From Lama guanicoe (taxonomy: Eukaryota), in NCBI GenBank assembly GCA_013239625.1, contig MU054323.1, forward strand, positions 1,240,001 to 1,304,000: DNA of 64,000 nucleotides, in the 5' to 3' direction. Under the pieces are notes generated by a model. It was given only the letters and a program-made list of their open reading frames with translations. It searched no databases and was not told the origin of the DNA. Position 1 is the first letter of the stretch. The number at the start of each line of letters is the position of its first letter. Shown one piece after another: positions 39,928-53,649 of this stretch. The position numbers were made by a program, and so were the translations under genes.

Positions 39928-40486
39928 TGCTATGATACATGACAACTGGTCTTCAAGATGACTCCCCATTGAACCACACCACCCCATATTCACTTCCTTT
40001 GTAGTCCCCTCTCAGAGTGAATTTTAGCTGGCTTTGTCTTGGTATAACAGAATGTACTAGAAATGACATTCTGTGACTTCTGAAGCCAGTTCATATAAAG
40101 CCTTGAAAGCTTTGCCTTGGTCTCTTGGAACAATCACTCTTGAAATGCTCACGTTAAATGAAGTAAGTTTTCATATAAACATTTTGACTTCCCTGAGACT
40201 ATCAGGCTGCAAAAAACTCATGCCACCTGGAGGCAACCTGAAGATGCCAGGTGGAGAAAGAGATGCTACAGAACACTGAGATGCCAGAGGTATGAGTGGA
40301 GAAGCCACCTTTGACGTGGATCCTCCAGCCTGAGCCACCCCAGGTAAAACCTCGTAAATCAGAGACAAAAAGCCAGAAGAAAGCTTTCCTGAATTCCCAA
40401 CCCACAGCGTTATGAGCCAAAGTAGATGTTTTCATTAAGTCACTAAGTTTCAGGGATTTTGTTATGCAGCAAAAAATAATAAGAAC
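39928..40486 (+). mobile_element. MLT1E/F/H-type MaLR LTR
   Basis: caagatgactcccca..gtgacttctgaagccag..cctgaattcccaacccacag..ttaagtcactaagttt. Confidence 0.85.
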
Positions 40487-42070
40487 TCTTGCTCTCATCC
40501 AATCCAGGAGATAACTTCAGATGAAAGGAACACACGGAACAGGTTTTGATTGTTGATATAAGAAGAAACTGAGATGGAAGTTTAACTGCCTGTCAAGGGC
40601 AATGGTATCCATATTTTTCCTAACTGAGAAACTGTCGACTCCAATGAGAAGAAATGAGATCTAGTTTGTGAGCCGTGGGAGCAATTTGAAGGAGCACGAC
40701 AGAAGGAAGTGTGTGGAGCACTTTCTATTTACAGGTATGGGAGCATGGATTCTCCATTCAATCCCCATAATAAACCTTTTTCAGAATGCTGCTCACTTTA
40801 TAAATCAGGAAACTGAGCCAGAGAGAGAGAGAAATGAGCTTTCAGGTCACAGAGCCAGAATGAGTATGCTGGTTCTCCCAGGGGTGGGAAGTAGCCCTCA
40901 CAAGCTAGAAGCTGGGCATTATCCTGAGTTCCCCCTCACGGCTGATTCTGAAATAGAGGCAGTAACAGAGCCCACAGCCTGTGGGTACGGACAGGATCAC
41001 TTCCGGGGGACCACTTAGGAAAGGGATAGAAAATCCAAGCCCTGTGTAGAAACCAGTTTCGACTTCCTGAACTCCCTCTGAAGAAATTCCTTTCTGTGTA
41101 TGTTTATTGAGTATCCCCTGTGCTAGGTATTCCAAAGATGAGTGAAGGCTGCCCCTGACTCAAAGAACTCATAATTCCAGTGGAGAAAACGTTCACACAA
41201 TTGGAAATTCACTAGTGTTAGGAGGGCTGTGCAAAATGTCACGGGAGGAGCTGCCCTTTGCCCCACCTGGGGGGGGGGGCTGGAAACGAGTTCTAGAATA
41301 GCTGCTGGTGGCACTCAGCCTTGCAGGACTGGCAGGCGTCAGCCAGCCTGCAGGGACAGAGCTTCCTCCTTGTGGGGAGACACTCCACCTTTGCCTCCCT
41401 GCCTATCACTTCTGCTCAACCTGCAGAAAGTTTTGACCGCCTCTGTCTTTCTATTAAACCTGCCACTGCAGTTCCTAGTACTTTGTCAAAATACAATGCA
41501 CACATGAGAAGCCTGAGTAGGAATGATAAATTGAGAAAACTGAATTCTCTGTGTGCTTTGAAAATAAAGCCCAAATGAAAATACTGCAAACACTGGTGGG
41601 AAGTTTAATACTTCATTTTTATCTTTCCCTCAAAGCACGCTTCACACTCCACTGAACGAGCTCATAGGTCTGGCTGAAAATCTTCCATTTTATGTGGCTT
41701 TGCTGGATATTGCTGTTTACCCCAATTGCTCCTACCTCTCAATATAAAACTCCATTTCTCACCCCTTTTTAGAGAAGAGCTCTCACTGGCTAAACCCAGA
41801 TATGAAGAACTGAAGACGAAAAATATTATTTCCTCCAGCCTTGGTTCTCCCCTTCTCTCCTTTCTCCTTCTCCCCTCTCTGTCTATGCCCGTCCCTCTGT
41901 CTCTCTTCCTTTCCTTCTTTCTCCTCTCTGAAACTTGGTATCTCTAGCTCCCTTTTCTCTTCCTGTTCATCTACCCTTTAAACACATTTTAATGTAATGA
42001 AGAAAGATGCTCTTCCTAAGTCAGCTTCTGAAGTCAAGTTGATTCCAATCTTCTTACTGAAATTTCCCTG

Positions 42071-42077
42071 ACAAACA

Positions 42078-42113
<36 letters not shown>
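42071..42113. repeat. (CA)n microsatellite
   Basis: Read directly. Confidence 0.95.
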
Positions 42114-42114
<1 letters not shown>

Positions 42115-45100
42115 TTGCCTGCACTTGGCACCATGTTGCATATTCTCTGTTTGTTCTCTTCTTCCTCCCCTTTTGTCCTCTCAAATCCTCCTGTCCTTTC
42201 AAGTTCATATCCTAGCTTCTGTGAGCAAGCCTCTCCAGTCCTTCCAGGACACACAGACTTCTCCCTCTTTGGAGCTCTGATAGCATTTATTTCTGTACCT
42301 TTTAATATGGCATGAAATTAGCCATTGTCTAGAATTGTTCTCTCATAATATTTTTATTCCTGAGAAGATGGATGCTTCTTCAATGCTAAAAGGTTTCCTT
42401 ACTGCAGATCATGCCAATCTCCTGCTCTAGAATCTTGAGTCGTTCTCTGAGGCCTAAAGCAGTGTTTCTCTAACCCTTCCAATGATGCACCAGACAGCCA
42501 AATAGAATGAATGCATACTCTTCATGATTCTGGAGTATAGCCCAACTGCCTCCTCTCACAAAATGTCCTTAGTAACACATGGCTTCACTTTAAAAGTACA
42601 AGCAAATTTAATATTATAATTTATAGTAAAGCTTTCTATAAATCTGTAGAGATGAACTCAAATGCATGAGATATGAAAATGTGGGAACATTTGAGATAAT
42701 TAAGTCTAAAACCCTAGGGCAGGAGTGAGGAGAGGGAGACTATGCTATAGCGACCTTTGTGGGACCAAGAATGGCTACACCAGTGCCCTAAATAATATTG
42801 TTCAGTGGCTTCTTAGCCCTTTCACAATGCAGGCCAAACCCTGTAGTGTGATTTTCATCTGTGACTAGGCCACTCTCTGCTCCCCGAGTATCAACTTTCA
42901 TGCTTCATCTCTCTGTCCTCAGGCACACTCCACTCCAGCCATAAGAAACTATATGTAATGTCTTACGTACACCCTGGCATTCACACTTCACGGCGTTCTT
43001 TCCCTGAATGTTCTCCCTATCACCCTTCCATGAACACCTCTCAGCCCCGAGCCACCTGATGAACACTTTCTCCAGGAAGCTATTTTGTGCTTACGATGTG
43101 CCAAGCATCATCCTGTGTGTTTTTATACCTTCATTCACTACAATGCCTCTTATGTTATTTCACTCCTTTGTTAAAAAGGAACTGTCAAGGCCCCTCACCC
43201 AGTAAGGAGCAGATGGAGCACAGAGCTAATGCATTGCAGCAATAATGACTTGTACGTTTTGGTAGAACAGTTGATATACAAAAATATGTACAAATGAAAA
43301 GTCAGCTTTTCATGGAATGGACATTTCCCTATAGAATGGGAAAGTCATTTGATGTTAAGGGAAACAAAAACAAAAATAAAACAAATGAACAAGAGATTTT
43401 GTTGGGGGGAGGGAGATACAGAGGTTCAGTACGTGTCCATGAATCTAAGATGTGTAATGCAAACTAGAACAACTGGTGCTGTCCTGGGAAACATTCCAAA
43501 GGGGCACAGTCCTCTCTCCTGAGTCTCAGACAGCCAGGCAGCTGGCTCTTGCCTTTCCCTTCTTCCTCAGCTCTTCTCCTGCTAGAGGCCTTAGAGAGAA
43601 CAGAGCACGTGGTCCCAGACGGCCAGCAGCTTTCAAGCAAGTTAAATGGCCAAGTCACCCACATATACTTTAAAAGCAGTGCAAGAGCTTTCAAGGGCTA
43701 CATAAAGGGATCCCAAGAGCCACAGTTTCAGAGGGAAGAAAAGATTCCAGTACTGGGGTAGTTAGGGAAGTCTCCTTGGAGGAAGGCAGAATCCTTCAGA
43801 GATAGGAGCTGGTCTCAGAATTTTTCAAGGCTATTTTGGATGCTTGTACGTTCTGATGTTCAAAAGACGCATGCCTTAATTTTCACTAAATTCTTATTTA
43901 AATGTTACGGCTGCCAGCGGGATGGTCCTTTGGTACTGTTGACCTTCGGAGATGGGATTTCCATCAGGAGCCACTCTCTTAACCTATACCCTCTGCACTC
44001 CCACTCTCCAAAAAAGAAAGGGGCTAGCCCTTCTTGAGAATCCACCAAGTCCAGGCACATATTTGGCATAGAAGTATATGTTTACAATGAATCCTCCCTA
44101 AAGCTTGTGAGATATACTAATTTTATAATTGAAGAATCTCTGGCATATCCCAGTTAAGCAACTTGCTCAAGGTCATATAGCAAGTAAGCATACCTGAGCT
44201 TTAAACCCAAATCTTCTGATTTCAAAGCACATATTCCTTCTACAGCGTCAGGAACTGCATTGGTGTAGCATTATTCTGTGCTTTATTTTATTAAGATTCA
44301 AATGTCGTTGCACTTATACAGAACTACTGTCCAAAATATATATTGGATTAAAGACACACACACCCCAAGCTTCGCAAGTCCAAAAAACACTTTCATCAAC
44401 TTACTCTGGGCTAAAGCTTTCCACAGTTAAATCATTGCTGAACTCTGCACAGGGTAAACCATGATTTTTCCAGCAATATTTCTCATGATTCTTCTAAACA
44501 TTTTTTTTACTCAGTGTTAATCATGAACTCCTGTCCAGCTTTCTGGGGAAAATATACAGCAGAATCACCTGTTTTAAGGTTAGGCATTATTAAACACTGG
44601 CCGTAAATAGTATGTCTTACAATCCCCATATTGCTAACGATTTTCTTTTGGATTCTAAAGTAAGCTAATTAAAGAGCTGAAAGCAATGCAATATTGCAAA
44701 AGTCAAATTTTACATAACATTTAGTCCTTGGTGTTAGCCTCTAACTTATATTGATCACCTTTGCATGAAGAAATTAGTTAAACAAATGGATGGGCCATGT
44801 AAATATTCACTGCAGTTCTGCCCTGCATCCAGAGCGCTCCCGGAGACGTGCAGCTCTTTCCAGTTAGCACCTGGGCACAGTGCTGCACAAAGGTGGCCAT
44901 TACCTGGGAGACTCACTAGCTGACTCCCCTCGGCAAGACTGCTTAAGGGCCAAGCTACTTGGCCTTAATGCCCTTCTCACGGATAATGGGTCTAGAGGGA
45001 GTTACATGCAAGGTCCTCGTCAGGCTAAGCTGGGCTCCCACAAGATGCTGGGCTCAAATCAGGATCCAGACCAGACTGCTGGTGTGAGCGGGGCCATGTG

Positions 45101-48049
45101 GCAGGGCACAGGCGGACGTGGCTGCTATGAAGTGCGATGGAGACTCACAGAGGTGTTATGAGTCGTCTAATTAAGGGGGAACTTTAAGTAAGACTGGCAG
45201 CAGATGGCTGCATCCCAGTAGCAGGCCCCGGGATACATCACTCCACGGCCACAGAAGGAATTATAAGTGAGCAACAAGATAAAGGAGGCCCAGAGGGACA
45301 GAAGTATCAACCAGAGAACAAAAGCATAGAGGATGGGCCAAGATGGAGTTACAGAAGAGGAGGAGCCCAGTTACCAGAGTGACGGTACGTGTTAGAAAGG
45401 GCCAGGCACCGAGAATCACCTGATGGGGAGCTACTGATTCAACAAAGTGTGTGTATATATGCTTTTTATTCATTTAATTTAAAACACTCATACAGACATC
45501 TATGCATCAGTCACCATTCAAAATGCTCCCAAACATTTATTTAAAAATTTTAACAACCCTTCAAGGCAGACACTCGTATTATCCTTATTTTGTTAGGAAA
45601 CTGAGGCACTGAAAAGTTAATAAACTTGCTCAAAGTCACAGAGTTAGAAATGAGTCATTATTTTAAATTTTACCTAGAACATAGTGAGCCTTTTCAATTT
45701 GCAAACAAGTGTTCATTTCAGCTCCATAAAATTAAATATCTAATATATTATTCATTACTGTGTACAATCTATTGCTGTTTATCTTTTTCTTCAATGTGGT
45801 TATTTTCCTAACGTTGGATATTTGCTTTCTGATCCACATATCTATTATCTTTTTTTCATGTTTTTATTTTGTCCTTTTCTCTGCCTTTGAAGAAAATAAT
45901 TCAAATTTATCTGTGATTTTTTTAATACCTTTCACTTCACTTTTTTCCTTCCATGAAGACCTTTATTTCAATATTTCATTTTTTATTTTCCCAATTCTTT
46001 TATTTCAGTCAGTTCCCTTTTTATCTCTACCTTCATTTCAATTTGGTCTCCCCTTATTACTGTTTATTTCTTAGATTGACAATAGACTGCCTTATATTTT
46101 ATTATATGTATCTAACAAGAGATTTCTAAAATTGTCTTCCACTTTCTGGAGTTAAATTTGTTTTATAAGGTAACTTCTTCAGAGTATTTTAGACAATTCT
46201 ACTTTCTTAGAGATTAAGAGAAATCATATGAGGAATATCCTTCCAGCCACCATCCCCCATGCACAGACACAGACACACACACATAGAGTCCATTTGGGTT
46301 TTGGCAAATTCTAACACTCAGATAAAGATCTGGAGTAAATACTGATGTACACAGCCTTGAGTCCATTCTGAGACATAACACAATTCAGTGTAGCTCTGGT
46401 TGGTCTAGTATGAGATGTTCTGTTCTTGGTGTCAGGTTTCCTGACACACTACAAAATTAGAACAGGCTGTAGTTCTTCCAAAGAAGAGTACACAATAAGT
46501 ATAGTACACAAATAGCTTCTCATTGTACAATATGTTGTACAAAAGAAATGCTAGGGGAAGAGAAATATGTTTTCATCAAAACAAAAAAAAACTGACCCAA
46601 GGAAAAGGAAGTATCTGATGGACGTGGTGTGCCTTGGGGCTAGAGATTTAAAATTTCCTTCTGATTTATTTCATACTTGGAAAAACGAACAAAGCCACAA
46701 CCCATCAGATCAGTGATTAAACACTAGATGCATTCTACCTTCTTCCATAGCCCCTAAGAGTTTAAGGTCAAATGTTTAGACACTACACTTGTCCCTTCAG
46801 AAAGGAGGTTGAGCCTGTTTCTGTAGCAGATGGTTCCAAGCTCAGTATCAGAGCAGTCCTCAAAAGTGGCAGAATTCATGCTGTATAGTTCATTACATAA
46901 ATATCTGTTCCATTTCTGCTTTTGAGCAATCAAGCATATGGGTAGTTTAGATTTTGACAATAAATCTTGTTGAATGATACATATAAAAAGGCATCTTAAT
47001 ATCATGCCAGCATGCTGGTCACGTAATGACCTAACAATAAAGAAAAAGGCAAAGCAAGGCCCTTTGGTCCTTCCCAACAGGTAGGAAATGTCTAGGGTGA
47101 GGACTTCATCGATCATCCTGTGAACAATATTCTCTATTCTGTCCTTGTCCTTTTGGAACAGTAGCCTTAATGGTATGGAAATTCTTGGAGTGACATCTCA
47201 AAAACAAAAACCAATTTGGATGAAAAAACACAGAAAAGGTCCAGATGGCTTTTGTTGCGCGAACCATTGTAAACGAGGACGGCTGTCCATAGCAGCCAGA
47301 GTGCATCTGTTCGCCATTTTATTCAATTACTTAATTAGAATAATGTCCTCTCCTTAACTGTCACTGTTTTAATAAAATAGAAATGAAAGTAAAGTTGCTA
47401 TTCAATATTTTCTAAGTAGAGTTTAAGTGCATAGAAGAAAAGCATCATCCAATATTTCACTGAGTCTCAAATACATGTCCCTCTGCCTCTTCTTATTGAG
47501 TTCATTCTCCCATCAGATGTGTAAAGCTTCTGTTTGAGCTGAGGAAAACTTGAGGCCAGTCTAACTTCTAATGTTATCCCTGCCAGCCGATCTATCACTG
47601 TGCTGTTGACGAGAGAAAGCTGGCAGCAGGGAGCAGCATGATTAATCACATTGCTGTTTCTTTAACTCAGATAAATCCATCTCACATGCTTTGTAAGAAT
47701 TGTCCACTTGGTAAGATAGGATACAAATGAGCAAGCCTTGGAATGGAAATCCCCTGGTAATATGGCAGATATCCAGAAAAACACTGTCTACGTCTTTGGA
47801 GTTATGACACTTCTCAGAAACCATTCTGCATCTCCATATTTAAATGCACTTATAAAGTGTTTGTGAGAAAGGGTCTGTCCCCTCTAAAAATTAAAAACAA
47901 TTCTTTGGCAGAGAGGCAAGACTGATAAAACAGCAGGAGCCCTCTAAATGCGAAAGAGAAAAGAAAAAGTTACTACATTTTCCATCTATCGCGGATGGGC
48001 TATGAGCTGAGGACCTTGTAGACCTGTAGACTCATAGTCCTGAAAGACA

Positions 48050-48235
48050 CCACAGTCCATTTAGCCCACATTCGAACCCCTTGGGATGCATTTTAAGAAT
48101 ACTGATACTTTAACCCCACTTCATCCTATTAAATACAAACCCTTTGAGAAGGGTCTAGGTACTGGTATTCTTTATAGACACTCCCCTCCGCTGCCCAGAG
48201 ATTCTAATGTGCAACCGAGATTGAGAACCACTTGC
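48050..48235. mobile_element. MER5A-like MITE
   Basis: ttttaagaatactgat..agattctaatgtgcaaccgagattgagaaccact. Confidence 0.7.
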
Positions 48236-49104
48236 CTCTAGCCAAATGAGGCAAAAGAGGAATCAGGGAGAGTTAAAATCACCCAACTGGAGAAAGACCA
48301 TCATAGGGGATGCAGATGGCATATACAGGCATCTGAAATCGCTCCCTATACAAGTTGAATGCAAGCTGCACACGTTAAAAAAGCAATGATTATGGAACAG
48401 TTGAAAAGAAATAAAAAGACCACTTTAGTGTTATTTAGATGTACACAGAAGGCATTTTAAAGACTCTTTCTTTGAGTTAGGAGCTGTTGATGAGAAAGCT
48501 GTTCTCAAGGCCCATAGGGGCACAAAAATGTGTGTGTGTGTGCCCTTGAAAGAATTAACAGTTGTAATTTAGTAAAAGTCAAAACAAAATAGAACAAAAA
48601 CAGTAGATTTTACCCTGATTATTCTAATTGTTAACCCTTTCTCTGATTTTTATATGTCCTTTATATTATGATGATTTAGAATTAATAAGTAGTTAATTCT
48701 ATTCAAGAATATATTTCTCTTGGTGGTTTTTCCGTAAGTGAGTGCTAGAAAAGCTGTAAGATGTTGGGGGTGGGGGGGGACTTACAAGACATGGAGGGTG
48801 GGGAAGGAAGCAACGTTAAGAACTCATTTTTTTTCCCTGAATCCAGGGAAAAAGAGGCATGGTGTCAAGGTTAAAATTTTGATTTGTGCCCTCAGCACAC
48901 ATTTTACACCTGGTATCTTTCTCCTAGATCAATTGCAAGTCCAGTAATTGCCCTGGTAAAAGCTTATAGCTTTGCTACCACAGTATTACTCCCTAGAGGA
49001 TTTCCACTCTCTTTGAGTGGAAAGAGATCAAGAAGATCCACAAATTAAAGCGGCCTAGAAACTCAGGCTCTGAGCCTCAGGCTCCCTCCCAAGCTTCTGA
49101 CCTG

Positions 49105-49107
49105 GGC

Positions 49108-49141
<34 letters not shown>

Positions 49142-49157
49142 GCTGCTGCTGCTGCCA
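49105..49157. repeat. (GCT)n/(CAG)n trinucleotide repeat with a GCC interruption
   Basis: ggcggctgctgct...gccgctgctgctgctgcc. Confidence 0.95.
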
Positions 49158-50149
49158 CCACCTGCAAACCCCACCTCTTGGGCTTCAAGGAGGCCCTACA
49201 CCCTGGAGCTCGGCCATTTGTCCGGGAGGCCATGCGGGACCAGCTGCAATCTGTATCTGACCACTTAGTCTTCTGCATTGGTCTACCTGCATTGGTTTGT
49301 ACAAAATCTGATTAAGGACTTTTTCTGATTTTGATAAATAACTGATTTGTGGCTTAGTCTTAGAACTAATGATGCCAGACAGTTCTCAAAGAATCTGTCT
49401 TCTATGATTCACAGCCACCTTCATGGGAATTTAGCCCAGACATAAATGCTATAAATCCAAGATTGATCTGAGAAAGACTTCATCATTGATGCTTCTATCT
49501 AACACTTGACATAAACATGTTTTCTACTGAGGATAGCAATCTATCCACTGTAACAATGAAAATTATTTTGCTTTGAGCATGGCTCAAACTGTACTGATAC
49601 CGTTGCTCCTTGATGATTCACATAAGATAGTTCAACTGCCCTGAGAGGACCAGGAACTATTATGGCCAACGTCCCCTCTGGCTGGAACTGCCCAACCCAC
49701 AGTCCTAAGCTCAGAGAAGTAGTGCTAGGCCAGGTCTTGTTCAGAGCTGGTGACTCGCTGAAGCAGCACTGGCTCCTGACCCAGAGGCCGGACTCCCATG
49801 GCTGGCCAGCAAACCATGATAGGGCCTGTCCTTGAAAGCACTACCAGTAGAGGTGATGGATACTGACCAATCAGAGCAGCAACCTACTGCCTTTGGACTA
49901 GCAGCTCCAGAGAGGGTTGGCCAGACAAGGAGCAAACTGAGAGTGAAGCAGTACCATGCGAAGAAGATAGGACCCCACGAAAGAGAGACCTTGTGGAGCC
50001 CAGAGCTACCCTGGACCCTAAATAGCTTCCCAGTCCCAGCAGCACCACCAGCATTCCACTCCAAACCCACCTTCTCTCCGTACGGCCTAAGGAACCCTGT
50101 GTGCCCTACAATTGTACCTCTGATACAATGGAATGGATTCTACACAAAG

Positions 50150-50380
50150 AAATGTGAAAAACTGGATTCAAGTTCTAGTTCTACCACTTACTTGCTAAGT
50201 GTCCTAAGTCAACTTGTTTAATGTTTTTGAATTTGATTTCCTTATTTGTAAAATAGGAGAAATGTCAATTACTTGGTCCCAATGTTATAACGTTAACGTG
50301 GAAAAAATTTTATATGAAACTTAGAACAATGTCTTGCACATGGGGAGTCAATAAATGTTAGATATTGTTTTTTATTATGA
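50150..50380 (+). mobile_element. MIR SINE
   Basis: ctaccacttacttgct..ttccttatttgtaaaatagg..caataaatgttagatattg. Confidence 0.8.
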
Positions 50381-51569
50381 TGATTAAATAAGATAATTAA
50401 GGCACACAGTAGACACTATAAATGGTAATTATTAGAATGGTATTTACAAATAGAAGACAGGCTCTAAAGCAACATCTCTATCAATAGCAAAGAGTTATTT
50501 GCTATTCATGTTTTCTCCTTAAGAAGTGGAAACAAGTGAAGAGGGTTGCTGAGAAGCCCACAGTGCAGTGTTCTGCCCACAAACATGGTGAGAAGCCCCC
50601 TCCTGGAGAGGAAGCCAACGTGCTCTGTCTTATCCACTTACAGAGAATTCCATATTGCTGCCACTACCACTCTTTTCTGCTAGAAGAATACATGTTATTG
50701 ACATGGGACAATTTAATTTGAATCTGATCTAATTGAAACAGGAATATCTATTTTCAGCAAGACTCCCAGCCAACTGAGCTAAAGAATGCTAACAAATTTG
50801 GGAGGAGATCCCTAGAGACAGAATGTCATGAAAATCTAGCCTCCTGCTGAGTCTATTACACAAGGATAGTTGGGAAAGGGGACTGGTGGTGGAACCTGAC
50901 AGTCAATCCCTCAAGTTCTGAAAGAGTCCCCATGGCCTGCCCAGTGCCAGCCCCTTTGAGAATGTGGGTGAGGAGGGTGGGTGAATGAGCTAAGACATGA
51001 GGCAGAGGAGTCTATGGTCCCCTCTCACAGAGTGATTCTGCTCTATCTATGGATGTGTTCAAGCTCAGAAGAAGAGGGGCTAGTAGATTGGCAATATTTG
51101 CCAAAAGATGAAAAGGATGAGCTGAGGCTTGGAGTATGACAGAGTGAGTAAAGTAGAAGGAGAAAGGTAAACATTTTTAATGTTTATGTAATATAAACAG
51201 TAAACATTGATAGACTTAATTCATTTATTAAATCTCTAGCTTCTTTCATACTTTGGGCAAGTTGCTTCTGTAATTTTACTTGTCTGAACCCTGCTAAGAT
51301 GTCTTCTGATATTCAGGTCTAAAAAAGAAAATTGAGAACCAGAGCCAGGCACCTTATAAAGTGCAATGAGACATGCTACCCATCCATTGCCTTTACCACC
51401 AGAGCAATGCAAAAGGAATAAATGGATCGTGACTTAACATAGTCTGTGTTTGCAAAGTTGATCTGGTTTCACAATTTTAGCAATTTTTAAGAACAGTGGC
51501 TATTATTAGGCCAATCTGAATTCTTTTCTCTGTTAACATAGCCTCTTAGAGATAAAAAATTCATTAGAG

Positions 51570-51838
51570 CAGTGTTTTACAACCTGTGTTCTACAACAAA
51601 GTAGTTCCAAGAACTATTAGTGGGTACCACCAAAAAAGGAGATTCTCTTTGTCAAAAAAGTTTATGTGATTACAATGTATATAAGGATATTAAAGGCTTT
51701 AGAAGTCCTACAGTTTTAAAGAAAAGAAACCTACTCAGCATTTCCCGTTTATTTGATGAAAGTATCCTGTTTTCATGAAGTACTTACTTTAAGGTCATGC
51801 AGAAGAGGATCCACATAACATTAGCTTAGAAAACACTG
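51570..51838. mobile_element. hAT-Charlie MITE (MER112/113-like)
   Basis: TIRs cagtgtttt / aaaacactg; ~270 bp. Confidence 0.65.
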
Positions 51839-52529
51839 CCTTCAAGTGTGTTCTTACCAAAGTATCTGGGCCTATAACCGACTGAGTTGAAAACTAGCTT
51901 TAACATCCCTGACAAAAGGACGTCCAGTTGAGACTCTGCATAACCATATCCCATGTCTAGAAAGACATTGCTTCCGGGGACATTCAGTTCCATGTCTGAA
52001 GAATGACTGGTAACAAGAGCATGGAAACTGGAGTTTGAAGACCTGGGCTCTGAAACCTTATTGGCCATAAGCTTTTCTCTTCTGAGTTTTGGAGTCTTTC
52101 TGTGTAAAATGGCCATGACACTACCTATAAAACTATATAGTTTTAAAGTTTATTGTCTCTTGATATTCTACGAGAAGCCAGGAGATGCTTCCTGTAATTT
52201 TATCTCTGTTATCCTTATCCTGTCTTCTGGAGACAAACAGAACTGAGTGAAAATTGTCCCAGTTTCACATAACATTCTCTCAGTTAGATCACAGTTACGC
52301 TGAACTTCTGAAAATTCCCTTTTCTGGGATATGTGCAGTTATTTAACCACAGCTTGTAACATACGAAAAGATGATACTAAGTTCCTTCAAAATCATGAGA
52401 TTTTTCTCTACAGATACAATTGCTTAAGACTCTTCCTGAAACTTATTTTTATCAGGAATTGAACCTGATATTTCTGGTATGATCTCACTCTGAGAGAACA
52501 AAGTATCACCCCCACCACACTCCGATTAG

Positions 52530-52900
52530 TTAAGCTAAGCTTGGGTTCATGCCTTGGGCTACTTAGGGCTTAATTGATCTGCGGTCAATTAAAAGCGAGG
52601 TCTTTTTGCCAGAGTGCTACCAAGCTGTGTCTCTCTGGCTTGTTCAGTTGACTATTTAAACCTAAAAGCATACTTTACACTTTACCTTTTAAAGGTCAGA
52701 CTTGCTCGCTTCAACCCACTGTTCTGGCCTCTTGTGCTGCTCTTTGATTCCAGGCTGAAAGGCCTGTGTCATCTGCAAAGCTGATGAGCCTCTCTCTCCC
52801 TTCCACGGTCTCATCTGAGTCTCGATTGAAAACGCTGATCAGAGTCTCATCAGCGAAGTCAAATCTCTACTTTGCCCTCAACGTTCAAGCCAGAGTATAG
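52530..52900 (-). mobile_element. L3/CR1 reverse-transcriptase relic
   Basis: Minus strand reads LISVFNRDSDETVEGRERLISFADDT (CR1-like LFNIFINDLD..LIKFADDT), followed by aagtgtaaagt and aaaagacct motifs. Confidence 0.75.
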
Positions 52901-53649
52901 CGAGGAAGTTATGCGATTAGTCACACACAGGGAGAAGGGAAATGGCACACTACTGCCAATAATCCATTCTTCCTGAAAATAAATAGAAATGGCCTTTCAA
53001 AAATCTCCCAAAATGAAGTTGAAGATATTTTGAATTCTTTCCTTCAAAGTAGGATGGCGGAAGGAGTGTCTGAGATACCGCCTGTTTGTACTCCTGGGAA
53101 CTGCTGCTGTGAGTGTTGAACATAATAGGCAGTCATCTGCACAGTCTTGTCTAGAGAAGAGCAAAGTACTTTCTATTTTATTTGTGTATTCATTTATTCA
53201 TTCAATCATCAAACGTATATTAAGTGCTTGTAATCAGGAAATATACTGAGCTCTGGATAAAGAAAACATATCTCTGCCCCAGGGAGCTTAATCACATAAA
53301 GGGGATAATAGAAACTCAAATGAGTGAAAGAAAATATTAAAGAGTTTACCACCTAGTCAGAGTTTAAAAAGGTAATATAAAATTAGGATACAATAATACA
53401 TAGTATATCTATATACCTAAATATATTTCTATATCTAGTTCTATATCTAGATACCAAAATAGCACTGGAAAAGATTATGGAAGTTTTAATTTAAAATCTC
53501 AACAGATAGAACAAATGATCAATGAAGAAACTATAATACAGTGATATATTTTATGTAGTAAAACTATACAATGCTTTCTCACCCACATCACACAGCTAGA
53601 AAGTAGTACAAAAAGACTGCAGGGAGGTCATCCAGCCCTTGAAACTATA

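Noticed and set aside
45760..46074. Hydrophobic 104-aa ORF
   Set aside because: T-rich low-complexity sequence, probably a reversed old LINE, mimicking transmembrane segments.
49063..49278. Poly-alanine ORF
   Set aside because: Artefact of translating the GCT microsatellite; the flanks are not protein-like.
49832..50221. Longest ORF (129 aa)
   Set aside because: TTG start, no recognisable domain, runs into a MIR, no exon structure.
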